Shown piece after piece: positions 1 to 14,279 of a stretch of 64,000 nucleotides of DNA. Source of the DNA: the human T2T-CHM13v2.0 reference genome, Homo sapiens. Below the pieces are notes generated by a model that worked only from the letters and a program-made list of their open reading frames with translations, was not told the DNA's origin and ran no database searches. How positions within the stretch are numbered: the stretch's first letter is position 1; every line of letters starts with the position of its first letter. A program made the position numbers and the translations under genes. The stretch is taken from the NCBI RefSeq assembly GCF_009914755.1, contig NC_060933.1. One strand, written 5' to 3'.

Positions 1-479
1 ATTCAACTCCCTTACTCTCCATTACATTCCATTCCATTCGGGTTGTTCCATTCCTTTCCATTCCATTCCACTCCATTCCATTGCACTCGGATTGATTCCA
101 TTCCATTCCATTCCATTCCATTCCATTCCATTCCATTCTGGATGATTCCATTCCATTGCATTCCGTTCTATTACATTTCCCTGCACTCGCGTTGATTCCA
201 TTCCATTAAATTCCATTCCATTCGATTCCATTCCATTCCAATTCGTTCCATTCCATTCTATTCCGTACCATTCCATTAAATTCCATACCATTCCATTCCA
301 TTCCATTCCATTCCATTCCATTCCATTCCGTTCTATTCCGTTCCATTCCATTCCATTCCATTCTATTAGGGTTAATTCCATTCCATTCCATTCCATTCCA
401 TTCTATTCCATTCCATTGCAATCGAGTTGAATCCATTGCATTCCATTCCATTCCATTCCATTCCATTCCATTCCATTCC

Positions 480-494
480 ATTCCGGAAGATTCC
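480..494. promoter_or_regulatory. Perfect 3-unit heat-shock element aTTCc-gGAAg-aTTCc (representative of ~45 copies)
   Basis: ATTCCGGAAGATTCC equals nTTCn nGAAn nTTCn, the canonical HSF1 trimer site. The motif match is exact; function is inferred. Confidence 0.6.
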
Positions 495-790
495 ATTCCA
501 TTGCATTCCATTCCATTCCATTCCCCTGCACTCTCGTTGATTCCATTCCATTCCATTCCATTCCATTGCATTCCGTTCCGTTCCGTTCCATTCCATTCCA
601 TTCCATTCCATTCCGTTCCGTTCCATTCCATTCCATTCCATTCTATTCGGATTAATTCCATTCCATTCCATTTGATTGCAATAGAGTTGATTCCATTCCA
701 TTCCATTCCATTCCATTCCATTCCATTCCATTCCTTTCCATTCCATTACTAATGATTCCATTCCATTGCATTCCATTCCATTCCATTCTC

Positions 791-936
791 CTGTACTCGG
801 GTTGATTCCATTCCATTCCATTCCAATCCATGCCATTCCACTCGTGTTGATTCCATTCTTTCCATTCCATTCAGGTTGAATCCATTCCATTGCATTCCAT
901 TCCATTCGATTCCATTCGATTGCACTCGGGTTGATT
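791..936 (-). repeat. pHuR98-like chromosome 9 SatIII module (representative copy; roughly 25 full copies plus truncated ones in the window)
   Basis: The - strand reads AATCAACCCGAGTGCAATCGAATGGAATCGAATGG...GGAAAGAATGGAATCAACACGAGTGGAATGGCATGGATTGG...AATCAACCCGAGTACAGG. This matches my recollection of pHuR98 and suggests the 9q12 array (HSat3B5). It is recall, not an alignment. Confidence 0.75.
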
Positions 937-1130
937 CCATTCCATTGCATTCCATTCCATTCCATTCCATTCCATTCCGTTCCATTCCATTCCATTACAT
1001 TCGGATTGATTCTATTCAATTCCCTTACACTTCATTACATACCATTCCATTCGGGTAGTTTCCATTCCATTCCATTCCATTCCTCTCCATTCCATTGCAC
1101 TCGGGTTGATTCCATTCCATTCCATTCCAT

Positions 1131-1270
1131 TCCCTTCCATTCCCTTCCGTTCCGTTCCATTCCATTCCATTCCATTCTATTCGGGTTAATTCCATTCCAT
1201 TCCCTTCCATTCCCTTCCGTTCCGTTCCATTCCATTCCATTCCATTCTATTCGGGTTAATTCCATTCCAT
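1131..1270. repeat. 70-bp perfect tandem duplication
   Basis: TCCCTTCCATTCCCTTCCGTTCCGTT...CTATTCGGGTTAAT starts at both 1131 and 1201. Confidence 0.85.
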
Positions 1271-4200
1271 TCCATTCCATTCCATTCCATTCCATTCCAT
1301 TCCATTCCATGCCATGCCATGCCACTCGTGTTGATTCCATTCTTTCCATTCCATTCAAGTTGAATCCATTCCATTGCATTCCATTCCATTCGATTCCATT
1401 CGATTGCACTCGTGTTGATTCCATTCCATTGCATTCCATTCCATTCCATTCCATTCCATTCCGTTCCGTTCCATTACATTCCATTATATTCGGATTGATT
1501 CTATTCAATTCCCTTACACTCCATTACTTTCCATTCCATTCGGATAGTTTCCATTCCATTCCATTGCGTTCCTCTCCATTCCATTGCACTCGGGTTGATT
1601 CCATTCCATTCCATTCCATTCCATTCCATTCCGGATGATTCCATTCCATTGAATTCCATTCCATTCCATTCCCGTGCACTTTGGTTGATTCCATTCCATT
1701 CCATTCCATTCCTTTCGGTTCCATTCCATTCCATTCCATTCCATTCCATTCCATTCCATTCTATTCGTATTAATTCCATTCCATTCTATTCCATTCCATT
1801 CCATTGAAATCGAGTTGATTCCATTCCATTCCATTCCATTCCATTCCGGATGATTCCATTCCATTGCATTCCATTCCATTCCATTCCCCTGCACTCGGGT
1901 TGAATCCATTCCATTCCATTCCATTACATTCCGTTCCATTCCATTCCATTCCATTCTATTCGGGTTAATTCCATTCCATTCCATTCCACTGCATTCCAGT
2001 CGTTTGCATTCCATTCCACTCGGGTTGATTCCTTTCTATTCCTTTCCATTCCATTGCATTCCATTGCAATCGAGTTGATTCCATTCGAGTTGAATCCATT
2101 CCATTCCATTCCATTCCATTACATTGCACACGGGTTCATTCCATTCCATTCCATTCCATTCCATTCCATTCCATTCCATTCCATTTCATTCCATTCCATT
2201 CTATTCCGTAGCATTCCATTCCATCCCATTCCATTCCATTCCATTCCATTCCATGCCATTACACTCGGGTTGATTCCATTCCTTTCCATTGCATTCTTGT
2301 TGAATCCATTCCATTCCATTCCATTCCATTCGAATCCATTATATTGCACACGGGTTGATTCCATTCCATTCCATTCCATTCCGTTTCATTCCATTCCATT
2401 CCATTACATTCGGATTGATTCTATTCAATTCCCTTACACTCCATTACATTCCATTCCATTCGGGATGTTTCCATTCCATTCCATTCCATTCCACTCCATT
2501 CCATTGCACACGGGTTGATTGCATTCCATTCCATTCCATTCCATTCCAGATTATTCCATTCCATTGCATTCCATTGCATTCCATTCCCCTGCACTCGGGT
2601 TGATTACATTCCATTCCATTCCCTTCCATTCCCTTCCATTCCATTCCATTCCATTGCAATCGAGTTGATTCCATTCCATTCCATTCCATTCCATTCCATT
2701 GCATTCCATTCCATTCCATTCCATTCCATTCCATTCCATTCCGGATGATTGCATTCCATTGCATTCCATTCCATTCCATTCCCCTGCACTCGGGTTGATT
2801 CCATTCCATTTCATTCCATTACATTCCGTTCCATTCCATTCCATTCCATTCTATTCGGGTTAATTCCATTCCATTCCATTCCATTCCATTCCATTCCATT
2901 CCATTCCATTCCATTGCAATCGAGTTGATTCCATTCCATTCCATTCCATTCCATTCCATTCCATTACAATCGATTTGATTGCATTCCTTTCCATTCCATT
3001 CCATTCCATTCCGGATGATTCCATTCCATTGCATTCCGTTCCATTACATTCCCCTGCACTCGCGTTGATTCCATTCCATTGCATTCCATTCCATTCAATT
3101 TCATTCCATTACAATTCGTTCCATTCCATTCTATTCCGTACCATTCCATTCCATTCCATACCATTCCATTCCATTCCATTCCATTCCGTTCCATTCCGTT
3201 CCATTCCATTCCATTCCATTCTATTCGGATTAATTCCATTCCATTCCATTCCATTCCATTCTTTTCCATTCCATTGCAATCGAGTTGAATCCATTGCATT
3301 TCATTCCATTCCATTCCGTTCCATTCCATTCCGGAAGATTCCATTCCATTGCATTCCATTCCATTCCATTCCCCTGCACTCGCGTTGATTCCATTCCATT
3401 CCATTCCATTCCATTCCATTCCGTTCCGTTCCGTTCCATTCCATTCCATTCCATTCCATTCTGTTCCGTTCCATTCCATTCCATTCCATTCTATTCGGGT
3501 TAATTCCATTCCATTCCATTCGATTGCAATCGAGTTGATTCCATTCCATTCCTTTCCACTCCATTCCAGTCCTTTCCATTCCATTCCACTCGGGTTGATT
3601 CCATTTTATTCCTTTCCATTCCAATCCATTCCATTGCAATCGAGATGATTCCATTCGAGTTGAATCCATTCCATTCCATTCCATTAAATTCCATTGCAGA
3701 CGGGTTCATTCCATTCCATTCCATTCCATTCCATTCCATTCCATTCCATTCCATTTCATTCCATTCCATTTCATTCCATTCCATTGTATTCCATACCTTT
3801 CCATTCCATCCCATTCCATTCCATTCCATTCCATGCCATTACACTCGGGTTGATTCCATTCCTTTCCATTCCATTCTTGTTGAATCCATTCCATTCCATT
3901 CCATTCGAATCCATTCCATTGCACTCGGTTTGATTCCATTCCATTCCATTCCATTCCATTTCATTCCACTCCATTCCATTGCATTCGGACTGATTCTATT
4001 CAATTCCCTTACACTCCATTACATTCCATTCCATTCGGGATGTTTCCATTCCGTTCCATTCCATTCCATTCCGGATGATTCCATTCCACTGCATTCAATT
4101 CCATTCCATTCCCCTGCACTCGGGTTGATTACATTCCATGCCATTCCCTTCCATTCCTTTCCATTCCATTCCATTCTATTCTTTTCGGGTTAATTCCATT

Positions 4201-7200
4201 CCATTCCATTCCATTCCATTCCTTTCCATTCCATTGCAATCGAGTTGATTCCATTCCATTCCATTCCATTCCGTTCCGGATGATTCCATTCCATTGCATT
4301 CCATTCCATTCCATTCCCGTGCAGTCGGGTTGATTCCATTCCATTCCATTCCATTCCATTCCATTCCATTCCATTCCATTCCGTTCCATTCCATTCCATT
4401 CCATTCTATTCGGGTTAATTCCATTCCATTCCATTCCATTCCATTGAAATTCCATTCCACTCCATTCCAATCGAGTTGATTCCATTCCATTCCTTTCCAT
4501 ACCATTCCATTCCATTCCATTCCATTCTATTCGGGTTAATTCCATTCCATTCCATTCCATTCCATTTCATTCTATTCCATTCCATTGCAATCAAGTTGAA
4601 TCCATTGCATTTCATTCCATTCCATTCCATTCCATTCCATTCCCCTGCACTCGCGTTGATTCCATTCCATTACATTCTATTCCATTCCGTTCCGTTCCCT
4701 TCCGTTCCATTCCATTCCATTACATTCTATTCGGGTTAATTCCCTTCCATTCCATTCGATTGCAATCGAGTTGATTCCATTCCATTGCATTCCATTCCAT
4801 TCCATTCCATTCCTTTCCTTTGCATTTCGGATGATTCCATTCCATTGCATTCCATTCCATTCCTTTCCCCTGTACTCGTGTTGATTCCATTCCATTCCAT
4901 TCCAATCCATGCCATTCCACTCGTGTTGATTCCATTCTTTCCATTCCATTCAAGTTGAATCCATTCCATGGCATTCCATTCCATTCCATTCCCCTGCAGT
5001 CGGGTTGATTCCATTGCATTCCATTCCATTCCATTCCATTCCATTCCATTCCGTTCCATTCCATTCCATTCCATTCTATTCGGGTTAATTCCATTCCATT
5101 CCATTCAATTCCATTACATTCCAATCGAGTTGATTCCATTCCATTCCATTCCATTCCATTCCATTCAACTCCATTCCATTCCATTCCATTACATTACATT
5201 CCAATCGAGTTGATTCCATTCCATTCCATTCCATTCCATTCCACTCCATTCCAGTCCTTTCCATTCCATTCCACTCGTTTTGATTCCATTCTATTCATTT
5301 CCATTCCATTCCATTCCATTGCAATCGAGTTGATTCCATTGCTTTGCATTCCATTCCATTCCATTCCATTCCGGATGATTCCGTTCCATTGCATTCCATT
5401 CCATTCCATTCCCCTGCACTCGGGTTGATTCCATTCCATTCCACTTCATTCCGTTCCATTCCATTCCATTCCATTGTGTTCGGGTTAATTCCATTCCATT
5501 CCATTCCATTCCATTCCATTCCATTCCATTCCATTCCATTACAATCGAGTTGATTCCATTCCATTCCATTCCATTCCATTCCATTCCATTCCGTTCCATT
5601 CTATTCCGTTCCTGTCCTTTCCATTCCATTCCACTCGGGTTGATTCTATTCTATTAGTTTCCATACAATTCCATTCCCTTCCATTCCACTCTGGTTGATT
5701 CCATTCCTTTCCATTCCACTCGAATACATTCCCTCCTATTCCACTAGGAACGATTCCATTCCATTCCATTCCATTCCATTCCATTCCATTCCATTCCATT
5801 CCATTTCTTTCCATTCCATTCTATTCTGTACCATTCCATTCCATTCCATTTCTTTCCATTCCATTCCATTCCACTCATGTTGATTCCGTTCCTTTCCATT
5901 CCATTTGGTTTGAAAGCATTCCATTCCATTCAATTCCATTCCATTCCATTCCATTCCATTCCATTCCATTCCATTCCATTCCATTGTACTCGGGTTGATT
6001 CCATTCCATTGCATTCCATTCCATTCCATTCCATTCCATTCCTTTCCATTCCTTTACATTCCATTCCGTTGCATTCCATTCCATTACATTCGGATTGATT
6101 CTATTCAACACCCTTACTCTCCATTCCATTCCATTCCTTTCTGGTTGTTCCATTCCATTGCATTCCATTCCATTACATTCCCCTGCACTCGCGTTGATTC
6201 CATTCCATTCCATTCCATTCCATTCCATTCAATTCCATTCCATTACAATTCGTTCCATTCCATTCTATTCCGTACCATTCCATTCCATTCCATACCATTC
6301 CATTCCATTCCATTCCATTCCATTCCATTCCGTTCCGTTCCATTCCGTTCCATTGCATTCCATTCCATTCTATTCGGGTTAATTCCATTCCATTCCATTC
6401 CATTCCATTCTATCCATTCCATTGCAATCGAGTTGAATCCATTGCATTTCATTCCATTCCATTCCATTCCATTCCATTCCGGAAGATTCCATTGCATTGC
6501 ATTCCATTCCATTCCATTCCCCTGCACTCGCGCTGATTCCATTCCATTCCATTCCATTCCGTTCCGTTCCATTCCATTGCATTCCATTCCATTCCGTTCC
6601 GTTCCATTCCATTCCATTCCATTCTATTCGGGTTAATTCCATTCCATTCCATTCGATTGCAATAGAGTTGATTCCATTCCATTCCATTCCATTCCATTCC
6701 ATTCCATTCCATTCCTTTCTATTCCATTACGGATGATTCCATTCCATTTCATTCCATTCCATTCCATTCCCCTGTACTCGGGTTGATTCCATTCCATTCC
6801 ATTCCAATCCATGCCATTCCACTCGTGTTTATTCCATTCTTTCCATTCAATTCAAGTTGAATCCATTCCATTGCATTCCATTCCATTCGATTCCATTCGA
6901 TTGCACTCGGGTTGATTCCATTCCATTGCATTCCATTCCATTCCATTCCATTCCATTCCATTCCGTTCCATTCCATTCCATTACATTCGGATTGATTCTA
7001 TTCAATTCCCTTACACTCCATTACATTCCATTCCATTCGGGTAGTTTCCATTACATTCCATTCCATTCCTCTCCATTCCATTGCACTGGGGTTGATTCCA
7101 TTCCATTGCATTCCATTCCATTCCATTCAATTCCATTCCGTTCCATTCCATTCCATTACATTCGGATTGATTCTATTCAACTCCCTTACTCTCCATTACA

Positions 7201-7713
7201 TTCAATTCCATTCGGGTTTTTCCATTCCATACCATTCCATTCCAGTCCATTCCATTGCACTCGGGTTGATTCCATTCCATTCCACTCCATTCCATTCCGG
7301 AAGATTCCATTCCATTGCATTCCATTCCATTCCATTCCCCTGCACTCGCGTTGATTCCATTCCATTCCATTCCATTCCATTCCATTCCATTCCATCCCTT
7401 TCCGTTCCATTCCATTCCATTCCATTCCATTCCATTCCGTTCCGTTCCGTTCCATTCCTTTCCATTCCATTCCATTCGATTCCATTCCATTCCAATTCTT
7501 TCCATTCCATTCTATTCCGTACCATTCCATTCCATTCCGTACAATTCCATTCCATTCCATTCCATTCCATTACGTTCCGTTCCGTTCCGTTCCGTTCCAT
7601 TCCATTCCATTCCAATCTATTCGGGTTAATTCCATTCCATTCCATTCCATTCCATTCTATTCCATTCTATTGCAATCGAGTTGAATCCATTGTATTCCAT
7701 TCCATTCCATTCC

Positions 7714-7728
7714 ATTCCAGAAGATTCC
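7714..7728. promoter_or_regulatory. Heat-shock element variant aTTCc-aGAAg-aTTCc
   Basis: ATTCCAGAAGATTCC, a CpG>CpA derivative of the common HSE module that retains all three cores. Confidence 0.55.
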
Positions 7729-10700
7729 ATTGCATTGCATTCCATTCCATTCCATTCCCCTGCACTCGCGTTGATTCCATTCCATTCCATTCCATTCTAT
7801 TCCATTCCATTCCCTTCCGTTCCATTCCATTCCATTCCATTCCATTCCATTCCATTCCGTTCCGTTCCGTTCTATTCCATTCCATTCTATACGGGTTAAT
7901 TCCATTCCATTCCATTCGATTGCAATCGAGTTGATTCCATTCCATTCCATTCCATTCCATTCCATTCCATTCATTTCCTTTCCATTACGGATGATTCCAT
8001 TCCATTGCATTACATTCCATTCCAATCCCCTGTACTCGGGTTTATTCCATTCCATTCCATTCCATTCCATTCTATTCCATTCCATTCCATTCCATTCCGG
8101 AATATTCCATTCCAATGCATTCCATTCCTTTCCATTCCCCTACACTCGCGTTGATTCCATTCCATTCCATTCCATTCCATTCCATTCCATTCCGATCCGT
8201 TCCATTCCATTCCATTCCATTCCATTCCATTCCATTACGTTCCGTTCCATTCCATTCCATTCCATTCGATTGCAATCGAGTTGATTCCATTCCATTCCAT
8301 TGCATTCCATTCCATTCCATTCCATTCCTTTCTATTACATTTCGGATGATTCCATTCCATTTCATTCCATTCCATTCCATTCCCCTGTACTCGGGTTGAT
8401 TCCATACCATTCCACTCCAATCCATGCCATTGCACTCGTGTTGATTCCACTCTTTCCATTGCATTCAAGTTGAATCCATTCCATTGCATTCCATTCCATT
8501 CGATTCCATTCGATTGCACTCGGGTTGATTCCATGGCATTGCATTCCATTCCATTCCATTCCATTCCATTCGATTCCATTCCATTCGGATTCATTCTATT
8601 CAATTCCCTTACACTCCATTACATTCCATTCCATTCGGGTAGTTTCCATTCCATTCCATTCCATTCCTCTCCAATCCATTGCACTCGGGTTGATTCCATT
8701 GCATTCCATTCCATTCCATTCCATTCCATTCCGGATGATTCCATTCCATAGAATTCCATTCCATTCCATTCCCCTGCACTTGGGTTGATTCCATTCCATT
8801 CCATTCCATTCCTTTCTGTTCCATTCTATTCCTTTCCATTCCATTCTATTCTTGTTAATTCCATTCCATTCTATTCCATTCCATTCCATTTCATTACATT
8901 CCATTCTATTCCGTACCATTCCATTCCATCCCATTCCATTCCGTTCCATTCCATGCCATTACACTCGGGTTGATTCCATTCCTTTCCATTCCATTCTTCT
9001 TGAATCCATTCCATTCCATTCCATTCCATTCGAATCCATTCCATTGCACTCAGGTTGATTCCATTCCATTCCATTCCATTCCATTCCATTCCATTTCATT
9101 CCATTCCATTCCATTACATTCGGATTGATTCTATTCAATTCCCTTACACTCCATTCCATTCCATTCCATTCGGGATGTTTCCATTCCATTCCATTCCATT
9201 CCACTCCATTCCATTGCATCAGGTTGATTGCATTCCATTCCATTCCATTCCATTCCGGATGATTCCATTCCATTGCATTCCATTCCATTCCATTCCATTC
9301 CATTCCATTCCCCTGCACTCGGGTTGATTCCATTCCATTCCACTCCATTCCGTTCCATTCCATTGCATTCCATTGTATTCGGGTTAATTCCATTCCATTC
9401 CATTCCATTCCATTCCATTCCATTCCATTCCATTCCATTACAATTGAGTTGATTCCATTCCATTCCATTCCATTCCATTCCATTGCAGTCCTTTCCATTC
9501 CATTCCACTCGGGTTGATTCCATTCTATTAGTTTCCAATCCGTTCCATTCCCTTCCATTCCACTCTGGTTGATTCCATTCCTTTCCATTCCACTCGAATA
9601 CATTCCCTCCTATTTCACTCGGAACGATTCCATTCCATTCCATTCCATTCCATTCCATTCCATTCCATTCCATTCCATTTCGTTCCATTCCATTCTATTC
9701 CGTACCATTCCATTCCATTCCATTCCACTCGTGTTGATTCCATTGCTTGCAATTCCATTCGGTTTGAAGGCATTCCATTCCATTCAATTCCATTCCATTC
9801 CATTCCATTCCATTCCATTCCATTCCATTCCATTCCATTCCCTTGTACTCGGGTTGATTCCATTCCATTGCATTCCATTCCATTCCATTCCATTCCATTC
9901 TATTCCATTCCATTCCTTTGCATTCCATTCCATTACATTCGGATTGATTCTATTCAACTCCCTTACTCTCCATTACATTCCATTCCATTCGGGTTGTTCC
10001 ATTCCATTCCATTCCATTCCATTCCATTGCATTCCATTCCATTCCATTGCACTCGGGTTGATTCCATTCCATTCCATTCCATTCCATTGCATTCCATTCC
10101 ATTCCATTCCATTCCATTCCATTCCATTCCATTCCATTCCATTTCGTTCCATTCCATTCTATTCCGTATCATTCCATTCCATTCCATTCCATTCCATTCC
10201 ATTCCATTCCATTGTACTCGGGTTGATTCCATTCCTTTCCATACCATTCGATTCCATTCCATTCCATTCCATTCCATTTCGTTCCATTCCATTCTATTCC
10301 GTATCATTCCATTCCATTCCATTCCATTCCATTCCATTCCATTCCATTCCATTCCACTCGGGTTGATTCCATTCCTTTCCATTCCATTCGGTTTGCAGGC
10401 ATTCCCATCCATTCAATTCCACTCCATTCCATTCCATTCCATTCCATTCCATTCCATTCCATTCCATTCCATTCCTTTCCATTCCATTGTACTCGGGTTG
10501 ATTCCATGCCATTCCATTCCATTCCATTCCATTCCATTCCATTCCATTCAGTTGCATTCCATTCCATTACATTCGGATTGATTCTATTCAACTCCCTTAC
10601 TCTCCATTCCATTCGGGTTGTTCCATTCCATTCCATTCCACTCCACTCCATTCCATTGCACTAGGGTTGATTCCATTCCATTCCATTCCATTCCATTCCG

Positions 10701-13700
10701 GATGATTCCATTCCATTGCATTCCGTTCCATTACATTCCCCTGCACTCGCGTTGATTCCATTCCATTCCATTCCATTCCATTCAATTCCATTCCATTACA
10801 ATTCGTTCCATTCCATTCTATTCCGTATCATTCCATTCCATTCCATACCATTCCATTCCATTCCATTCCATTCCATTGTATTTGGGTTAATTCCATTCCA
10901 TTCCATTCCATTCCATTCCATTCCATTCCATTACAATCGAGTTGATTCCATTCCATTCCATTCCATTCCATTCCATTCCATTCCAGTCCTTTCCATTCCA
11001 TTCCACTCGGGTTGATTCCATTCTATTAGTTTCCATTCCATTCCATTCCCTTCCATTCCACTCTGGTTGATTCCATTCCTTTCCAATCCACTCGAATACA
11101 TTCCCTCCTATTCCACTCGGAACGATTCCATTCCATTGCATTCCATTCCATTCCATTCCATTCCATTCCATTCCATTTCTTTCCATTCCATTCTATTCCA
11201 TACCATTCCATTCCATTCCATTCCATTCCATTCCATTCCATTCCATTCCATTCCACTCGTGTTGATTCCATTCCTTTCCATTCCATTCGGTTTGAAGCCT
11301 TTCCATTCCATTCCATTCCATTCCATTCCATTCCATTCCATTCCATTCCATTGTACTCGGGTTGATTCCATTCCATTGCATTCCATTCCATTCCATTCCA
11401 TTCGGATTGATTCTATTCAACTCCCTTACTGTCCATTACATTCCATTCCATTCGGGTTGTTCCATTCCATTCCATTCCATTCCATTCCATTCCATTCCAT
11501 TGTACTCGGGTTGATTCCATTCCATTGCATTCCATTCCATTCCATTACATTCGGATTGATTCTATTCAACTCCCTTACTCTCCATTACATTCCATTCCAT
11601 TCGGGTTGTTCCATTCCATTCCATTCCATTCCACTCCATTCCATTGCACTCGGGTTGTTCCATTCCATTCCATTCCATTCCACTCCATTCCATTGCACTC
11701 GGGTTGATTCCATTCCATTCCATTCCATTCCGGATGATTCCTTTCCATTACTTTCCGTTCCATTACATAACCCTGCACTCGCGTTGATTCCATTCCATTC
11801 CATTCCATTCCACACCATTCCATTCCATTCCGTTCCATTCCGTTCCATTCCATTCCATTCTATTCGGGTTAATTCCATTCCATTCCATTCCATTCCATTC
11901 TATTCCATTCCATTGCATTCCATTCCATTCCATTCCCCTTCACTCGCGTTGATTCCATTCCATTCCATTCCATTCCATTCCACTCCATTCCATTCCTTTT
12001 CGTTCCATTCCATTCCATTCCATTGCATTCCATTCCATTCCATTCCGTTCCATTCCGTTCCATTCCATTCCATTCCATTCTATTCGGGTTATTTCCATTC
12101 CAATCCATTCGATTGCAATCGAGTTGATTCCATTCCATTCCATTGCATTCCATTCCATTCCTTTCCATTCCATTACGGATGATTCCATTCCATTGCATTC
12201 CATTCCATTCCATTCCGCTGTACTCGGGTTGATTCCATTCCATTCCATTCCAATCCATGCCATTCCTCTCGTGTTGATTCCATTCTTTCTATTCCATTCA
12301 AGTTGAATCCATTCCTTTGCATTCCATTCCATTCCATTCCCCTGCAGTCAGGTTGATTCCATTCCATTCCATTCCATTCCATTCCATTCCATTCCGTTCC
12401 ATTCCATTCCATTCCATTCCATTCTAGTCGGGTTAATTCCATTCCATTCCATTCCATTCCATTCCATTCCATTCCAATCGAGTTGATTCCATTCCATTCC
12501 GTTCCATTTCTTTCCATTCCACTCCATTCCCGTCCTTTCCATTCCATTCCACTCGGGTTGATTCCATTGTATTCCTTTCCATTCCATTCCATTCAATTGC
12601 AATCGAGTTGATTCCATTGCTTTGCATTCCATTCCATTCCATTCCATTCCAGATAATTCCATTCCATTGCATTCCATTCCATTCCATTCCCCTGCACTCG
12701 GGTTGCTTCCATTCCATTCCACTCCATTCCGTTCCATTCCATTCCATTCCATTCTATTCGGGTTAATTCCATTCCATTCCATTCCATTCCATTCCATTCC
12801 ATTCCATTCCAATCCATTACAATCGAGTTGATTCCATTCCATTCCATTCCATTCCATTCCATTCCATTCCAGTCCTTTCCATTCCATTCCAATCGGGTTG
12901 ATTCCATTCTATTAGTTTCCGTTCCATTCCATTCCCTTCCATTCCACTCTGGTTGATTCCATTCCTTTCCATTCCACTCGAATACATTCCCTCCTATTCC
13001 ACTCGGAACGATTCCATAGCATTCCATTCCATTCCATTCCATTCCATTCCATTTCGTTCCATTCCATTCTATTCCATACCATTCCATTCCATTCCATTCA
13101 ATTCCATTCCATTCCACTGCTGTTGATTCCATTCCTTTCCATTCCATTCGGTTTGAAGGCATTCCATTCCATTCAATTCCATTCCATTCCATTCCATTCC
13201 ATTCCATTCCATTCCATTCCATTCCATTCCATTCCATTGTACTCGGGTTGATTCCATTCCATTGCATTCCATTCCATTCCATTCCATTCCATTCCGTTGT
13301 ATTCCATTCCATTACATTCGGAATGATTCTATTCAACTCCCTTACTCTCCATTACATTCCATTCCATTCGGGTTGTTCCATTCCATTCCATTCCATTCCA
13401 CTCCATTCCATTGCACTCGGATTGATTCCATTCCATTCCATTCCATTCCATTCCATTCCGGATGATTCCATTCCAATGCATTCCGTTCCATTACATTCCC
13501 CTGCACTCGCTTTGATTCCATTCCATTCCATTCCATTCCATTCCATTCAATTCCATTCCATTACAATTCTTTCCATTCCATTCTATTCCGTACCATTCCA
13601 TTCCATTCCATACCATTCCATTCCATTCCATTCCATTCCATTCCACTCCGTTCCATTCTGTTCCATTCCATTCCATTCCATTCTATTCGGGTTAATTCCA

Positions 13701-14279
13701 TTCCATTCCATTCCATTCCATTCTATTCCATTCCATTGCAATCGAGTTGAATCCATTGCATTGCATTGCATTCCATTCCATTCCATTCCATTCCATTCCA
13801 TTCCATTCCGGAAGATTCCATTCCATTGCATTCCATTCCATTCCATTCCCCTGCACTCGCGTTGATTCCATTCCATTCCATTCCATTCCATTCCATTCCA
13901 TTCCTTTCCATTCCATTCCATTCCATTCCATTCCGTTCCGTTCCGTTCCATTCCATTCCATTCCATTCCATTCCATTCTATTCGGGTTAATTCCATTCCA
14001 TTCCATACGATTGCAATCGAGTTGATTCCATTCCATTCCATTCCATTCCATTCCATTGCAATCCATTCCAATCCATTCCATTCCATTCCATTCCACTCGA
14101 GTTGACTTCATTACATTCCTTTCCATTCCATTCCATTCTTTTCCACTCGAGTTGATTCAATTCCATTCCAATCCATTGCATTCCATTCCATCCCATTCCA
14201 CTCGGGTTTATTCCATTCCCTTGCATTCCATTCCATTCCATTCCATTCCATTCCATTCCATTCCATTCCATTCCATTCC

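Noticed and set aside
11403-11700. Small 149-bp and 49-bp duplications of module B; similar 135-bp (10141/10276) and 40-bp (54531/54571) duplications
   Set aside because: Real but ordinary slippage or unequal-exchange products that add nothing beyond the duplications already reported.
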